From an uncultured Clostridia bacterium (GTDB lineage Bacteria > Bacillota > Clostridia > TANB77 > CAG-508), in contig CANRKA010000001.1 of the NCBI GenBank assembly GCA_947631025.1, forward strand, positions 8,007-72,006: a DNA stretch of 64,000 nucleotides. Reading direction: 5' to 3'. The notes under the pieces were generated by a model, which saw only the letters and a program-made list of their open reading frames with translations, had not been told where the DNA came from and did no database searches. The position numbers were made by a program, and so were the translations under genes. Of the stretch, positions 46,601 to 57,246 are shown in pieces. Position 1 is the stretch's first letter, and each line of letters starts with the position of its first letter.

Positions 46601-49249
46601 TTAATTTGTTGTATTTCCAGTTGTTTCATTTTGATTTGTTGTATTGTTTTCATCTGTATTATCTTCACCAGAACCATTCTTTTTATTTACTGTTAAAATT
46701 ATTTTAGATTTTTCGTCTACCAATGTATCTGCTTTTATACTTTGTTTTAAAACAATTCCATCTTCCTTATTTGCATCTGTTTTATATTCTATTGTTACAA
46801 TTAATTTTAATTTTTCTAATGTCTCTTTTGCACTTTTTAAAGTTTCACCTATAACATTTGGAACCTTTACACCCTTAGCTTCTGGCTGTTCTTGAGAAGC
46901 TGGTGTTGTGTTTGGCAGATGAATATTACAATTTTCTTTTGGTGCGGTATATGTATTGCCGTAATTTGATTTCCAAAGTTTTTCGTTGAATTTTTCTTCT
47001 TTTTCAGGCATTTTTGCATATCTTCTTGGCTCTTTTTCTGGGCATGCATCTGTAGCAATTAAATTACTTTCTTTACAAACTATAATTTCTTCACCCTCTT
47101 GGCAAGAATCTGTTGGAACTGTACCTTTTATAAAAACATCTGTAACTTTATTTGCACAAGTTTCTGTAGCAAGTAATCCTGTTTTCTTACATATTGTTGC
47201 TGTTACAATTCCATTTGGTTCTTCAAATCTTTTTTTATCTAATGAACTATGTATTTCTTTAAATACAGCTGAGCTTATTTTTCCTGCAGGGTTTCCTGAA
47301 TAATGTACTGTTTCTTGATCGTCATATCCATACCATGTTGCTGCAGTATAATATGGTGTAAATTCACAAAGCCATCTATCATAATCATCGTTTGTTGTAC
47401 CAGTTTTAGCACATACATCCATTCCTGAAATAGCACAATATGAAGCTGTACCGCTAGCACCTACAACAGGTTGTGTTAGAATCTTTTTTGTAATATATGC
47501 TGCTTGTTCTGATAAAACTCTTTCTTTCTTTTGAGTTTTTTCTATAACAACTTTTCCAGAAGCATCTTCTATTTTTGTATAGAAAATAGGTTCAATATAT
47601 TCTCCATTATTTGCTATTGTAGCATAGGCTCCAGCCATTTCTAATGGACTAACACCATTTGTTAATCCTCCTAATGCTAGTGATAATGTTTCATCATTTA
47701 AAGTTTTCTTTTCGTCTTTAGTAACAAGAGATGTTACACCCATCTTTCTTAGGTATTCGATAGATTTTTGTGGTGTTAATTCTGTCATAATTTTTAAAGG
47801 AATTATATTTTGAGATATTTCTATTACATCTCTTACTGTTGATAATCCTTTATAACCATTATAGTAATTTTTAGGATGATATGTTCCGTTTTCAAAAGTA
47901 GTATCGCAATCATCGTAAACAGTTCCTGCAGTAATAATTTTTTCTTCCACAGCTGGTGCTATTACAGCTATAGGTTTCATAGAAGAACCTGTTTGTCTTC
48001 TAGATTGTGTAGCTCTATTTAGTCCATAAGTAAACGAATCATCTCCAAGTCCTCCAACTGTTCCTACAACTTTACCTGTTGTATGGTCTATAACAACCAT
48101 TGCAGCTTGTGAATGTTTGTATTCTCCTGTATCTTCATCCTTATTTTTTTTAGATTTTACAATATATTTGTCTTTTTTAAATTCTTCTTCCATTACAGAT
48201 TGTACATTTGAATCTTGTGTTGTATAAATTTTATATCCTTTTGTATATAATTGTATTTCTGCCATTTCAGCACTCCATCCGTTTTTTTCCATTAAATCTT
48301 GTTTTGCTTGTTGAAGTGCAGCAATTGTATGGTATGAATGTCCAGAGTTTGATGCAATATTTCCTTTTTGAAATTTTAAACCGTTTTTTACTTCCTCCAT
48401 TGCAGTATTATATTCGGCTTCTGTTTCTATATAACCTAATTCTTTCATTTTTGTTAAAACAGTTTGTGTTCTTGTAATTATTTTTTCTTTTTGGGCAGCG
48501 TCATCGCTAAAAGGTTTATACAAACTAGGTGAATTATTTATTCCAGCTAAATATGCACATTCTGCTAAACTTAAATCACTTGCAGATTTACTAAAATATA
48601 ATTGTGATGCCATTTCAACACCATAAGCCTGACCACCTAAACCAATTAAATTAAGGTACAATTCCAAAATTTGGTCTTTTGTAAGCATTTGTTCTACTTG
48701 ATGTGCTTTAGACATTTCTTTTACTTTTCTTATAATTCCAGAAATACCAGATCTATCTTTATCGTTTGTTAGGTTTTTAACTAACTGTTGAGTAATTGTA
48801 CTTCCTCCGAAGCTAGAATTACCACCTTTAAATATATATGTTGCAGTTGCAGCTGTTGTTCTTTTTAAGTCTACACCATGGTGATCATAAAATCTTTCAT
48901 CTTCTATTGCAACAAATGCTTTAGGTAAATATTTTGCCATTTCATTATATGTAATTACTTTTCTTTTTTCATCTTTAGATAGTTCTGCAATAACGTTTCC
49001 ATCTTTGTCATATGCTATTGCATTCATACTACTAACTGTTAAATCTTCTTTAGTTATTTTAAAATCATCACCAAACAAGCCAAAAAATGCTCCCGCAACT
49101 ATTCCAGCAAATATAATAAATAATATAATAAATGCAATTCCAAATATTTTAAGAACCTTTTTTAGTTTTGGATGCTTGCTAACTTTTTTTCCTTTATTAC
49201 TATTTTGTTTTTTTGTAGAATTTTTACTTTTACTCTTGTATTCAGACAT
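46601..49249 (-). CDS. Class A penicillin-binding protein (glycosyltransferase GT51 plus transpeptidase) with C-terminal PASTA-like domain
   Basis: N-terminal TM, GT51 motifs EDERFYDHHGVD and GGSTITQQL, transpeptidase SxxK (TGSSMKP) and KTGT, and a C-terminal PASTA-like segment (VPNVIGETLKSAKETLEKLKL). It is 882 aa. Confidence 0.9.
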   Translation of the reverse strand: MSEYKSKSKNSTKKQNSNKGKKVSKHPKLKKVLKIFGIAFIILFIIFAGIVAGAFFGLFGDDFKITKEDLTVSSMNAIAYDKDGNVIAELSKDEKRKVITYNEMAKYLPKAFVAIEDERFYDHHGVDLKRTTAATATYIFKGGNSSFGGSTITQQLVKNLTNDKDRSGISGIIRKVKEMSKAHQVEQMLTKDQILELYLNLIGLGGQAYGVEMASQLYFSKSASDLSLAECAYLAGINNSPSLYKPFSDDAAQKEKIITRTQTVLTKMKELGYIETEAEYNTAMEEVKNGLKFQKGNIASNSGHSYHTIAALQQAKQDLMEKNGWSAEMAEIQLYTKGYKIYTTQDSNVQSVMEEEFKKDKYIVKSKKNKDEDTGEYKHSQAAMVVIDHTTGKVVGTVGGLGDDSFTYGLNRATQSRRQTGSSMKPIAVIAPAVEEKIITAGTVYDDCDTTFENGTYHPKNYYNGYKGLSTVRDVIEISQNIIPLKIMTELTPQKSIEYLRKMGVTSLVTKDEKKTLNDETLSLALGGLTNGVSPLEMAGAYATIANNGEYIEPIFYTKIEDASGKVVIEKTQKKERVLSEQAAYITKKILTQPVVGASGTASYCAISGMDVCAKTGTTNDDYDRWLCEFTPYYTAATWYGYDDQETVHYSGNPAGKISSAVFKEIHSSLDKKRFEEPNGIVTATICKKTGLLATETCANKVTDVFIKGTVPTDSCQEGEEIIVCKESNLIATDACPEKEPRRYAKMPEKEEKFNEKLWKSNYGNTYTAPKENCNIHLPNTTPASQEQPEAKGVKVPNVIGETLKSAKETLEKLKLIVTIEYKTDANKEDGIVLKQSIKADTLVDEKSKIILTVNKKNGSGEDNTDENNTTNQNETTGNTTN

Positions 49250-49368
49250 TTAATTGTCCTCCTTAATACTTTATATTTTTTCACAGCTATTATATTATAA
49301 AAACCAAAAAATATAAAGACTTTTTTTATATTTTTTATATATTTTTTAACTTAATTTTATATAAACTA

Positions 49369-49410
49369 AAAAAGCAAAAAAAGAATCTCTAAAAATAGAA
49401 ATTCTTTTTT
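49369..49410. terminator. Rho-independent terminator after the ABC exporter pair
   Basis: On the minus strand: AGAATTTCTAttttTAGAGATTCT followed by tttttttgctttttt. Confidence 0.6.
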
Positions 49411-49412
49411 TA

Positions 49413-51245
49413 TTATTTTTTAATTTCATCATTACAGTCTTCAAATTGTGAATTATATAAATTTGCATAAAAGCCGTTTTTTAAAAGTAATTCTTCATGT
49501 GTTCCTTGTTCTACTATATCTCCATGATTCATTACTAATATTAAGTCTGCATTTTTTATTGTAGATAGTCTATGTGCTATTATAAAACTTGTTCTACCTT
49601 GCATTAGGTTATCCATTGCTTTTTGTATTTGACTTTCTGTTCTTGTATCTATTGAACTTGTAGCTTCATCTAAAATTAATATTTTAGGATTTGTAAGAAT
49701 TACTCTTGCAATTGTAAGTAGTTGCTTTTGACCTGCAGATATATTACTAGATTCCTCGTTTAAGATAGAATTATAGCCATTTGGTAATGTTTTTATAAAA
49801 TGATGTACATGTGCTGCTTTTGCTGCTTCTATTACTTCATGATCTGTTGCATCTGGCTTACCATATTTAATATTATCTTTAACAGTCCCTGCAAAAAGCC
49901 AAGTGTCTTGAAGAACCATTCCAAACATTTTTCTTAAATTGCTAATTTTAAAGTCTTTTATATTATGTCCATCTACTAAAATTGCACCATCATTTACATC
50001 ATAAAATCTCATTAACAGTTTTACAATTGTAGTTTTTCCTGCTCCTGTTGGTCCAACTATTGCAACTTTTTGACCTTCTTTAATTGATTCTGTAAAGTTG
50101 TTTATTATTATTTTATCTTTATCATATCCAAATTTAACGTTTTTAAAATCCACATTTCCGAGCTAATTTCTTTGTATCTATCTTTCTTTTTGATGTATCT
50201 TTTTCTTCTGCTTCTTCTAAAAATTCGAAAATTCTCTCAGATGCAGCTATCATAGTTTGTATCATTCCAGATATTTGTGCAATTTGACCTATAGGTCCGA
50301 TTAAATTGCTTATTATAACTTATAAAACTTTGAATATCACCTACTGCAATTTTGCCTTTTATTACAAAATATCCTCCAGTTATAGCTATTGCAACATACC
50401 CTACATTTCCAAAAAAGTTCATTAGTGGATGCATTAAACCAGATAAAAATTGAGACTTCCAGCTTGAATTTTCTAATTCTTTATTTGCAATATTAAAGTT
50501 TTTTATTGTTTTTTCTTCGCCATTAAATGCTTTTACAACAGTTAACCCTCCATAAATTTCTTCTACCTGACCATTTACATGTCCTAAATAATCTTGTTGT
50601 CTTTTAAAATATTTTTGAGATTTTTTTGCAATTATTCCAACAGTTAGAGCAGACACAGGTAAAATTATAAGAGAAATTAATGTCATTTCAAAATTAATAG
50701 AAAACATCATAATTAAAATTCCAACTATTGTACATACAGATGTGATAATTTGTGTAATACTTTGGCTTAAATTCATTCCCAATGTATCTATGTCATTTGT
50801 TATTATAGATAAAACTTCTCCATTTGTTTTTTTATCAAAATATTTCATTGGAAGTTTATTTATTTTTGTTGCTAAATCTTGTCTTAATTTATATGCTACC
50901 TTTTGTGAAACATCAGCCATTGCAAATCCTTGTACAAAAGAACAAGCTGCACTAATTACATACAAACTTAAAACTGCAATTAATATTTTTGCTAAGTTTT
51001 CAAAGTTAATGCCTGCTCCACCTGATATTTTACTTACTATACCGATTAAAAATTTCTGTTGTAGCATTACCTAAAATTTTAGGTCCTACAATTGTAAATA
51101 TTGTACTTGCTATAGCGAAAATAAATACAATTATTAATTTAAATTTATATTTTGCTAAATAATTTTTTATTAATTTTTTTGTTGTACCTTTAAAATCTTT
51201 TGCCTTTGTTATTTCTCCTTTAGGAGCTCTCATTGGTCCTGGCAT
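49413..51245 (-). pseudogene. ABC exporter (fused permease plus ATPase, MdlB/YheH-like). It is split into three ORFs by at least two frame disruptions.
   Basis: ORF 51030..51245 is the N-terminus and TM1. ORF 50237..51067 is the permease, ending in an out-of-frame tail. An alternative frame at 50180-50300 restores the conserved ...LIGPIGQIAQISGMIQTMIAASERIFEFLEE.... ORF 49413..50153 is the ATPase domain ([32 protein letters not shown]). Confidence 0.8.
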
Positions 51246-53496
51246 TTAAGCTTCACCTCCTAACTCTTTTTCAGATAGTTGAGATAGTGCAATTTGCTTA
51301 TATACATCGCTATTTTTCATTAATTCTTCGTGTGTACCAATTCCAACTACTTTTCCTTCTTCTAATACTATAATTTGGTCTGCATTTAAAATAGTGCTAA
51401 TTCTTTGTGCAACAATTATAATAGTTTTATTTTTTGTTTTGCTAAATAAGGCTTCTCTTAAAGCTTTATCTGTTTTAAAATCTAATGCTGAAAAACTATC
51501 GTCAAAAATAAATATTTCTGGATTTTTTGCAATTGCCCTAGCAATAGAAATTCTTTGTTTTTGACCTCCAGAGACATTATTTCCTCCTTGTGCAATTTCG
51601 GATTTGTATTTTTCTTCTTTTTTATCTATAAATTCAGTTGCTTGTGCCATTTTAGCAGCTTTAATCATTTTACTATCTGACATATTTTCATCTGAATATT
51701 TTATATTCGATTCTATTGTTCCAGAAAATAAAACTCCTTTTTGTGGAACAAAACCTATAATATCTCTTAAATCTTTTTGTGATAATTCTTTTACATTTAC
51801 ACCATCTACTAAAACTTCCCCTTCAGTTACATCGTAAAATCTAGGAATTAAATTAATAACTGTAGATTTACCACTACCTGTGCTACCAATTATTGCAGTT
51901 GTTTTTCCTGGTTTGGCTGTAAAATTAATATCTTCTAATATTTCTTTATCTGCATCAGGATATCTAAAAGATACATTCTTAAATTCTACTAATCCCTTTT
52001 TCTTTTTATTTGGTTTTTTAGTTTTTTCTATATCTGTTATGCTAGGTTTTGTTTCTATAATTTCCATTATACGATTTGCAGAAACAGAAGCTCTTGGTAG
52101 CATAATAGACATTGCAGAAATAAATAAAAATGATATTACAATTTGCATCATATATTGAATAAATGCCATTATATCTCCAACTTGCATTGTTCCATCATTT
52201 ACACCTTTTGCACCCATCCATACCACAATAACACAAGCACCATTCATAATAAACATCATAAGTGGCATCATAAATGACATTGCTCTATTTACAAAAATAT
52301 TTACTTTCATTAAAGTATTGTTTGATCTTTCAAATCTTTCTTCTTCTGTTTTTTCTTTATTAAATGCTCGAATAACATGCAAGCCTGTTAAAATTTCTCT
52401 TGCAACCTGATTTATTTTATCAACTAATTCTTGTAATTTTTTAAATTTAGGCATAGTTATTCCAAATAATGTTCCTATAACAATAAATATTAAAAATACT
52501 TCTAATCCTATAATCCATGTCATAGAGCTATTAGTTCCATATACTCTAATTAATCCTCCTATAGCCATTATTGGAGCATAAACAAGAACCCTAAATAACA
52601 TATTCATTAATTGTTGTATTTGTTGTATATCGTTTGTACTTCTTGTAATTAAAGAAGCAGTTGAAAATTCTCTAAGTTCTTTATTTGAAAAGCTTAAAAC
52701 CTTTTTAAATACCTTTTCTCTTAATGTTTTACCAAGTTTTGCTGCAACTTGTGATGAAAGTAGCATAATTAAAATAGCTGATATCATTACAACTAATGAA
52801 ATACCTAGCATTTTTGCACCAGTTATAATAATATAATTATTTTGAATTTTGTCTGTATCTATTCCCATACTTTTATAAATTGTTTTTACAGATGATATAG
52901 CTGCCTGATTCTTAATTGAATCTGGCATTTTAGTAATTTCAGATGTATAAGCTTGTAGCATAGTATCTAATTGTTCTTTTGACATGTTTTTTATTATTGT
53001 TAATAATTCTTCATTTTGGATGTATTGCTTTTGAGTTTCAGGTACATTTGCTAATAATTGCTCTTTAATTTTACTAGCAATTTCCTCATCTTTTAGTGAT
53101 GACATTTCTATTATGCTATTTGCAAATTTATTGCTTATACTTTGCTTTTCGTTTTCTTCTAAATCTTGTAAAACGTATATTTCTTTAGTAGCATAGTCTT
53201 TCCCCAAATATTTTTTAGCTCTTTTTATTTCGCTTTTAGTTAAATTTTGAATAGGAATTTTATATACATTTTCTATTTCATTATTTCCGAGATAATAATA
53301 TTAAAAATTCTAAATCCTCTTTACTTATTACTTCTGGAATAGAATTTTCAATACCACCAGCTTGAATTCCTACATTTACTATTTTTGATGTATAATTTGG
53401 AAGTTCTAAGTCACATGCTGCTTGTAAACATAGCAATAAAACTATTATTATTACTTTTATACTTGATTGTTTTAAGTTTTTTAATACTTTTAACAT
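51246..53496 (-). pseudogene. ABC exporter (fused permease plus ATPase) with a long extracytoplasmic loop after TM1. The frame is broken between 53207 and 53281.
   Basis: ORF 53281..53496 (MLKVLKNLKQSSIKVIIIVLLL...) is a typical exporter N-terminus with TM1. ORF 51246..53207 carries the remaining TM segments and the ATPase domain (GSTGSGKST, VSGGQKQRISIARA, IFIFDDSFSALD). Confidence 0.8.
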
Positions 53497-53533
53497 TTTT
53501 GCACACTCTTTCCTTTATATTTCCTAAATTCAT

Positions 53534-53563
53534 ATTTTATATTGTTTTATGCTATTATGTCAA
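53534..53563 (-). promoter_or_regulatory. Sigma-A-like promoter for the ABC exporter operon
   Basis: On the minus strand: TTGACA, a 16-nt spacer, then TATAAAAT. It lies about 35-65 nt upstream of ATG 53496 and just downstream of the U-run that ends the structured RNA. Confidence 0.4.
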
Positions 53564-53582
53564 TATAATTTTATAAAAAACA

Positions 53583-53798
53583 CAAAAAAAGCCCCGCCTT
53601 AGCCGCAAGATTATTAAAGAAATTTTAAGGACCTACTCTCGTAGGTGGGTGTCTTGTTAAATGCTACTGGGTTTCTTACCTAAAAAAGGTAAGCATACAC
53701 GCCACATTCAAAGGCGGACTCCCGTTTAAAACTTGTTGGTTCTAAAATTTCAGGTCTACACGTACTATGCAGGGAATTTAATTACTATTTAATTATTT
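53583..53798 (-). ncRNA. Candidate structured non-coding RNA of about 215 nt. It may be 6S (SsrS)-like or a cis-regulatory leader. The strand call is tentative.
   Basis: A GC-rich island sits in roughly 20% GC surroundings. It has several local hairpins: ACCUAC-GAGA-GUAGGU with a GNRA loop on the minus strand, CUUACC-uuuuuua-GGUAAG, and a long-range 8-bp pairing UCCGCCUU/AAGGCGGG. A 3' GGCGGGGC plus U7 on the minus strand looks like a terminator. The 10-mer GAAUGUGGCG also occurs in the central bubble of E. coli 6S, recalled from memory. TTGAAA, a 17-nt spacer and TAATAT sit upstream at 53805-53833. Confidence 0.4.
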
Positions 53799-53920
53799 AA
53801 CTGTATATTATCATATGCATTAAATTGTTTCAATGTTCTAATTTTGTTAATTTATTTTAATTATTTGCTATTTTATTATTTTTTCTCGATTTTTAATTAT
53901 TATTCTCTGTTTTATAAATT

Positions 53921-54850
53921 TTATGCTTTGTTTGATGAACAAAATACATCTCTTATTTTATGCTGTACTGTTCTTTTTACAGATTCTCTTGCTGGAAGCA
54001 AATATTTTCTTGGGTCAAATACAGAAGGATCTTCAGTTAGAACCTGTCTTATTTCTGATGTCATTGCTAATCTTAAATCTGTATCTACATTTATTTTAGA
54101 AACACCAAATTTACTTGCTTGATGTAACATTACATCTGGAACACCTTTTGCTCCTGGTATTTGTCCACCATATTTATTACATTTATCTACAAGTTCTGGT
54201 ATTACTGTTGATGCTCCATGTAGTACAATTGGTGTATTTGGTATTTTCTCTTTAATTTCTTTTAATATATCAAATCTTAATTTTGCATCACCTTTAAATT
54301 TATATGCACCGTGGCTTGTTCCTATAGCTATTGCTAGAGAATCACAACCTGTTCTTTTTACAAATTCTTCTGCTTGTGCAGGATCTGTATACATTGCATC
54401 ACTTGCTTCTACATTAACATCATCTTCTATTCCTGCTAATTTTCCAAGTTCAGCTTCTACCACTACACCTTTTGAATGTGCATATTCTACTACCTTTTTA
54501 GTTAATGCAACATTTTCTTCAAAATCATATTTTGAACCATCTATCATTACAGATGTAAATCCATTATCTATGCACATTTTACATGTTTCATAGTCTGGTC
54601 CATGGTCTAAGTGCAAAGCTATTGGAATATCATGTTCTTCTAATGCTGCTTCAACCATTTTTCTTAAATATCCAATTCTTGCATATTTAATTGCACTTGA
54701 TGATGCTTGCAAAATTACTGGTGAATTTTCTTCTGCTGCTGCATCTACAATTCCTTGTATTATTTCCATATTGTTTACATTAAAAGCACCAATTGCAAAT
54801 CCTTCTTTCATAGATTTTTCAAACATTTCTTTTGTTGTTACTAGTGGCAT
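53921..54850 (-). CDS. fba: Class II fructose-1,6-bisphosphate aldolase
   Basis: 309 aa with ..IALHLDHGPD.., ..GFTSVMIDGS.. and ..LHGASTV.., the zinc-dependent FBA/tagatose-bisphosphate aldolase family. Confidence 0.9.
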   Translation of the reverse strand: MPLVTTKEMFEKSMKEGFAIGAFNVNNMEIIQGIVDAAAEENSPVILQASSSAIKYARIGYLRKMVEAALEEHDIPIALHLDHGPDYETCKMCIDNGFTSVMIDGSKYDFEENVALTKKVVEYAHSKGVVVEAELGKLAGIEDDVNVEASDAMYTDPAQAEEFVKRTGCDSLAIAIGTSHGAYKFKGDAKLRFDILKEIKEKIPNTPIVLHGASTVIPELVDKCNKYGGQIPGAKGVPDVMLHQASKFGVSKINVDTDLRLAMTSEIRQVLTEDPSVFDPRKYLLPARESVKRTVQHKIRDVFCSSNKA

Positions 54851-54962
54851 TTAAAAATCACTCTCCTTTGTAAAATTTATTTTATATACTTAAGGGCTAA
54901 GATAAATTCTTCCTTAATTTATTTAGTACAAAAATTATAATGTTAAAGATTAATAGTTTTAA

Positions 54963-55310
54963 TTAATCTACTATTTTTTCACCTAATTTCTTTCCTGCTA
55001 ATAAATGAAAATGTAAATGCATTACTTCTTGTCCAGCGTCTTTTCCACAGTTTACTATTACTCTATATCCTGTTTCATTTACTCCCTGCATTTTTGCTAT
55101 TTCTTTTATCTTTGTATATATATAACCAATTAAAGCCTCATCTTTGCTTTCTATTTCATTTATTGAGCTTATATGTTTTTTTGGTATTACCAATATGTGT
55201 ATTGGTGCAGCAGGCTGTATATCTTTAAATGCTATTATATTTTCATCTTCATATACAATATCTGCAGGTATTTCTTTTCTTATTATTTTACAAAATAAAC
55301 ATTCTTCCAT
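54963..55310 (-). CDS. HIT-family (histidine triad) nucleotide hydrolase
   Basis: MEECLFCKIIRKEIPADIVYEDE... with the triad HLHFHLL near the C-terminus. It is 115 aa. Confidence 0.9.
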   Translation of the reverse strand: MEECLFCKIIRKEIPADIVYEDENIIAFKDIQPAAPIHILVIPKKHISSINEIESKDEALIGYIYTKIKEIAKMQGVNETGYRVIVNCGKDAGQEVMHLHFHLLAGKKLGEKIVD

Positions 55311-55375
55311 TTTTTTCTCTCCTAACTATTAATATTTTAAGCCGTAAATATAATAAAAAGCTTTACAAAGATTTA

Positions 55376-57130
55376 TTATATTAAAACTGCTTTTATTCTA
55401 CGTACTCCGGCTGAGCTAGATTCTTCTTTTTTTATTTTAAATGTTCCTAATTCCCTTGTATTTTTTACATGAGGTCCTCCACATAATTCTTTAGAGACTG
55501 TTCCTATTGTATATACTGTTACATCTTCTGGGTATTTTTCTATAAACATACATTCTGCACCAGATTTTATTGCATCATCTTTTTTCATTGTTTGAACTGT
55601 AACATCTAATTCATCTTTAATCCATTTATTAACTAATTCTTCAATTTGTTGTTTTTCTTCATCTGTTAATTTATGATTGCAATTAAAATCAAATCTCATT
55701 CTTTCTGTTGTAATATTTGAGCCTCTTTGATGGGTATCTTTTCCTAATACTATTTTTAATGCTGCATTAAGTAAATGTGTTGCAGTATGATATTTTATTG
55801 TCATTTCATTTTGTTCTGCTAAGCCACCTTTAAATTTTGCACTTGAACCTTGTCTAGATTTTTCTTGATGTTTTTTAAATAGTACTTCAAATTCTTGCAT
55901 ATCTATTTTCATATTATTTTCTTCTGCCAAGTCTTTTGTAATTTCTGGTGGAAATCCAAATGTATCATATAGTTTAAATACAACTGCCCCTTCTATTTTA
56001 TCTTTTCCTTCTTGTTTTGTCTTATTCATTGCTTTTGTAAACTCTTTTTCTCCATTATTAAGAGTTTTTACAAATTTATCTTTTTCTTCCATTATAGTTT
56101 GCTTTATAATATTTTTATTTTTTTCTAATTCTGGATACATCTCTTTTAAAGTATTAATATTTAATTCTACTAATTCTTCTACTTTATTTAAATCTATTTG
56201 TAATTTATTCATATGACGAATCATTCTACGAATTAATTTTCTTAAAACATATCCTCTATCTACATTGCTTGGTCTACCACCATCTGAAATTATCATCATA
56301 CTAGAACGTAAATGTTCTGCTATTATTCTTCTACTTTCTATGCTATCTATTTGTTGAAGCTTTTCTAACTTGTCCATAATTGGTTTAAATATTTCTGTGT
56401 CAAATGGTGTTTCTTTTCCTTGTAATAACATTGTCATTCTTTCTAGTCCTAATCCTGTGTCTACATTTCTTTGCTGTAATTTTGTATATTTACCTTCTTT
56501 TGTTTTAAAATATTCCATAAATACATTGTTCCATATTTCAACATATTTACCACAGTCACAGTGAGGTTCACAATGTGGTCCACAAGGTTCTTTTCCTGTG
56601 TCATAATACATTTCTGTATCTGGTCCACAAGGTCCTTCTTCTCCTGCTATCCACCAGTTATCATCTTTACCATAATAATATATGTGGCCATCTAAAATAC
56701 CTGCTTTTTTCCAGCATTCAGCTGCAAGTTCATCTCTCATACAGTCTTCGTCACCTGCAAAAACAGTTACAAAAATTTTTTCTACTGGAATTCCTAATTC
56801 TTTAGTTAAAAATTCAAAACTCATTGCAATTGATTCTTCTTTAAAATAATCTCCTAAAGACCAGTTACCAAGCATTTCAAAATATGTTAAATGTCTATTA
56901 TCTCCTACTTCATCTATATCGTTTGTTCTTACACATTTTTGATAATCTGTCAAACGTGTTCCCTCTGGATGTTTTTGACCTAATAAATATGGTACAAGTG
57001 GTTGCATTCCAGCAGTATTGAATAAAACAGAAGGGTCATTTTCTGGTATTAGTGGCGCAGAAGGAATTACCACATGTCCGTGTTTTTTAAAAAATTCTAA
57101 GTATTTATTTCTAATTTCTATTGCTTTCAT
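55376..57130 (-). CDS. Alanyl-tRNA synthetase-like protein, minimised form (584 aa). It has the catalytic and tRNA-recognition regions and the editing core, but lacks the editing beta-barrel and the C-Ala domain.
   Basis: The N-terminus PSAPLIPENDPSVLFNTAGMQP, FEMLGNWSLGDYF, GPCGPDTEMYYD and VDTGLGLERM matches AlaRS class II motifs. RGYVLRKLIRR is the recognition domain. HTATHLLNAAL, CGGPHV and GVRRIKAV are the editing core. Only 66 nt separate its stop from hit, so no C-terminal extension can follow. Confidence 0.75.
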   Translation of the reverse strand: MKAIEIRNKYLEFFKKHGHVVIPSAPLIPENDPSVLFNTAGMQPLVPYLLGQKHPEGTRLTDYQKCVRTNDIDEVGDNRHLTYFEMLGNWSLGDYFKEESIAMSFEFLTKELGIPVEKIFVTVFAGDEDCMRDELAAECWKKAGILDGHIYYYGKDDNWWIAGEEGPCGPDTEMYYDTGKEPCGPHCEPHCDCGKYVEIWNNVFMEYFKTKEGKYTKLQQRNVDTGLGLERMTMLLQGKETPFDTEIFKPIMDKLEKLQQIDSIESRRIIAEHLRSSMMIISDGGRPSNVDRGYVLRKLIRRMIRHMNKLQIDLNKVEELVELNINTLKEMYPELEKNKNIIKQTIMEEKDKFVKTLNNGEKEFTKAMNKTKQEGKDKIEGAVVFKLYDTFGFPPEITKDLAEENNMKIDMQEFEVLFKKHQEKSRQGSSAKFKGGLAEQNEMTIKYHTATHLLNAALKIVLGKDTHQRGSNITTERMRFDFNCNHKLTDEEKQQIEELVNKWIKDELDVTVQTMKKDDAIKSGAECMFIEKYPEDVTVYTIGTVSKELCGGPHVKNTRELGTFKIKKEESSSAGVRRIKAVLI

Positions 57131-57180
57131 TTTCTTTTCCTTTCAATACATAAATTCCTAATGGGATTATATCACAAGAA

Positions 57181-57210
57181 AAATAAAAAGCAAGAAAATT
57201 CTTGCTTTTA
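57181..57210. terminator. Rho-independent terminator after spoIIP
   Basis: AAAAGCAAGaaaattCTTGCTTTT: a 9-bp stem followed by a U-run on the minus strand. An extended -10 promoter (TGTGATATAAT) for the alaS-like gene lies just downstream on the minus strand. Confidence 0.7.
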
Positions 57211-57246
57211 TTCGTTAATAATCTACCGCTTTATGCATCTTAAAAA

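Noticed and set aside
53281-53496. 71-aa ORFs 53281..53496 and 51030..51245 as stand-alone small proteins
   Set aside because: Both are canonical N-termini (TM1) of the adjacent ABC exporter genes, separated from them by frame breaks.
53583-53798. Assignment of the GC-rich element to SRP RNA, tmRNA, RNase P RNA or a T-box
   Set aside because: The diagnostic motifs are absent: no GGAAGCAGC domain IV, no tag-peptide ORF or CCA-acceptor-like end, no GAGGAAAGUCC, and no AGGGUGGNACCGCG. It is therefore kept as an unclassified structured RNA candidate.
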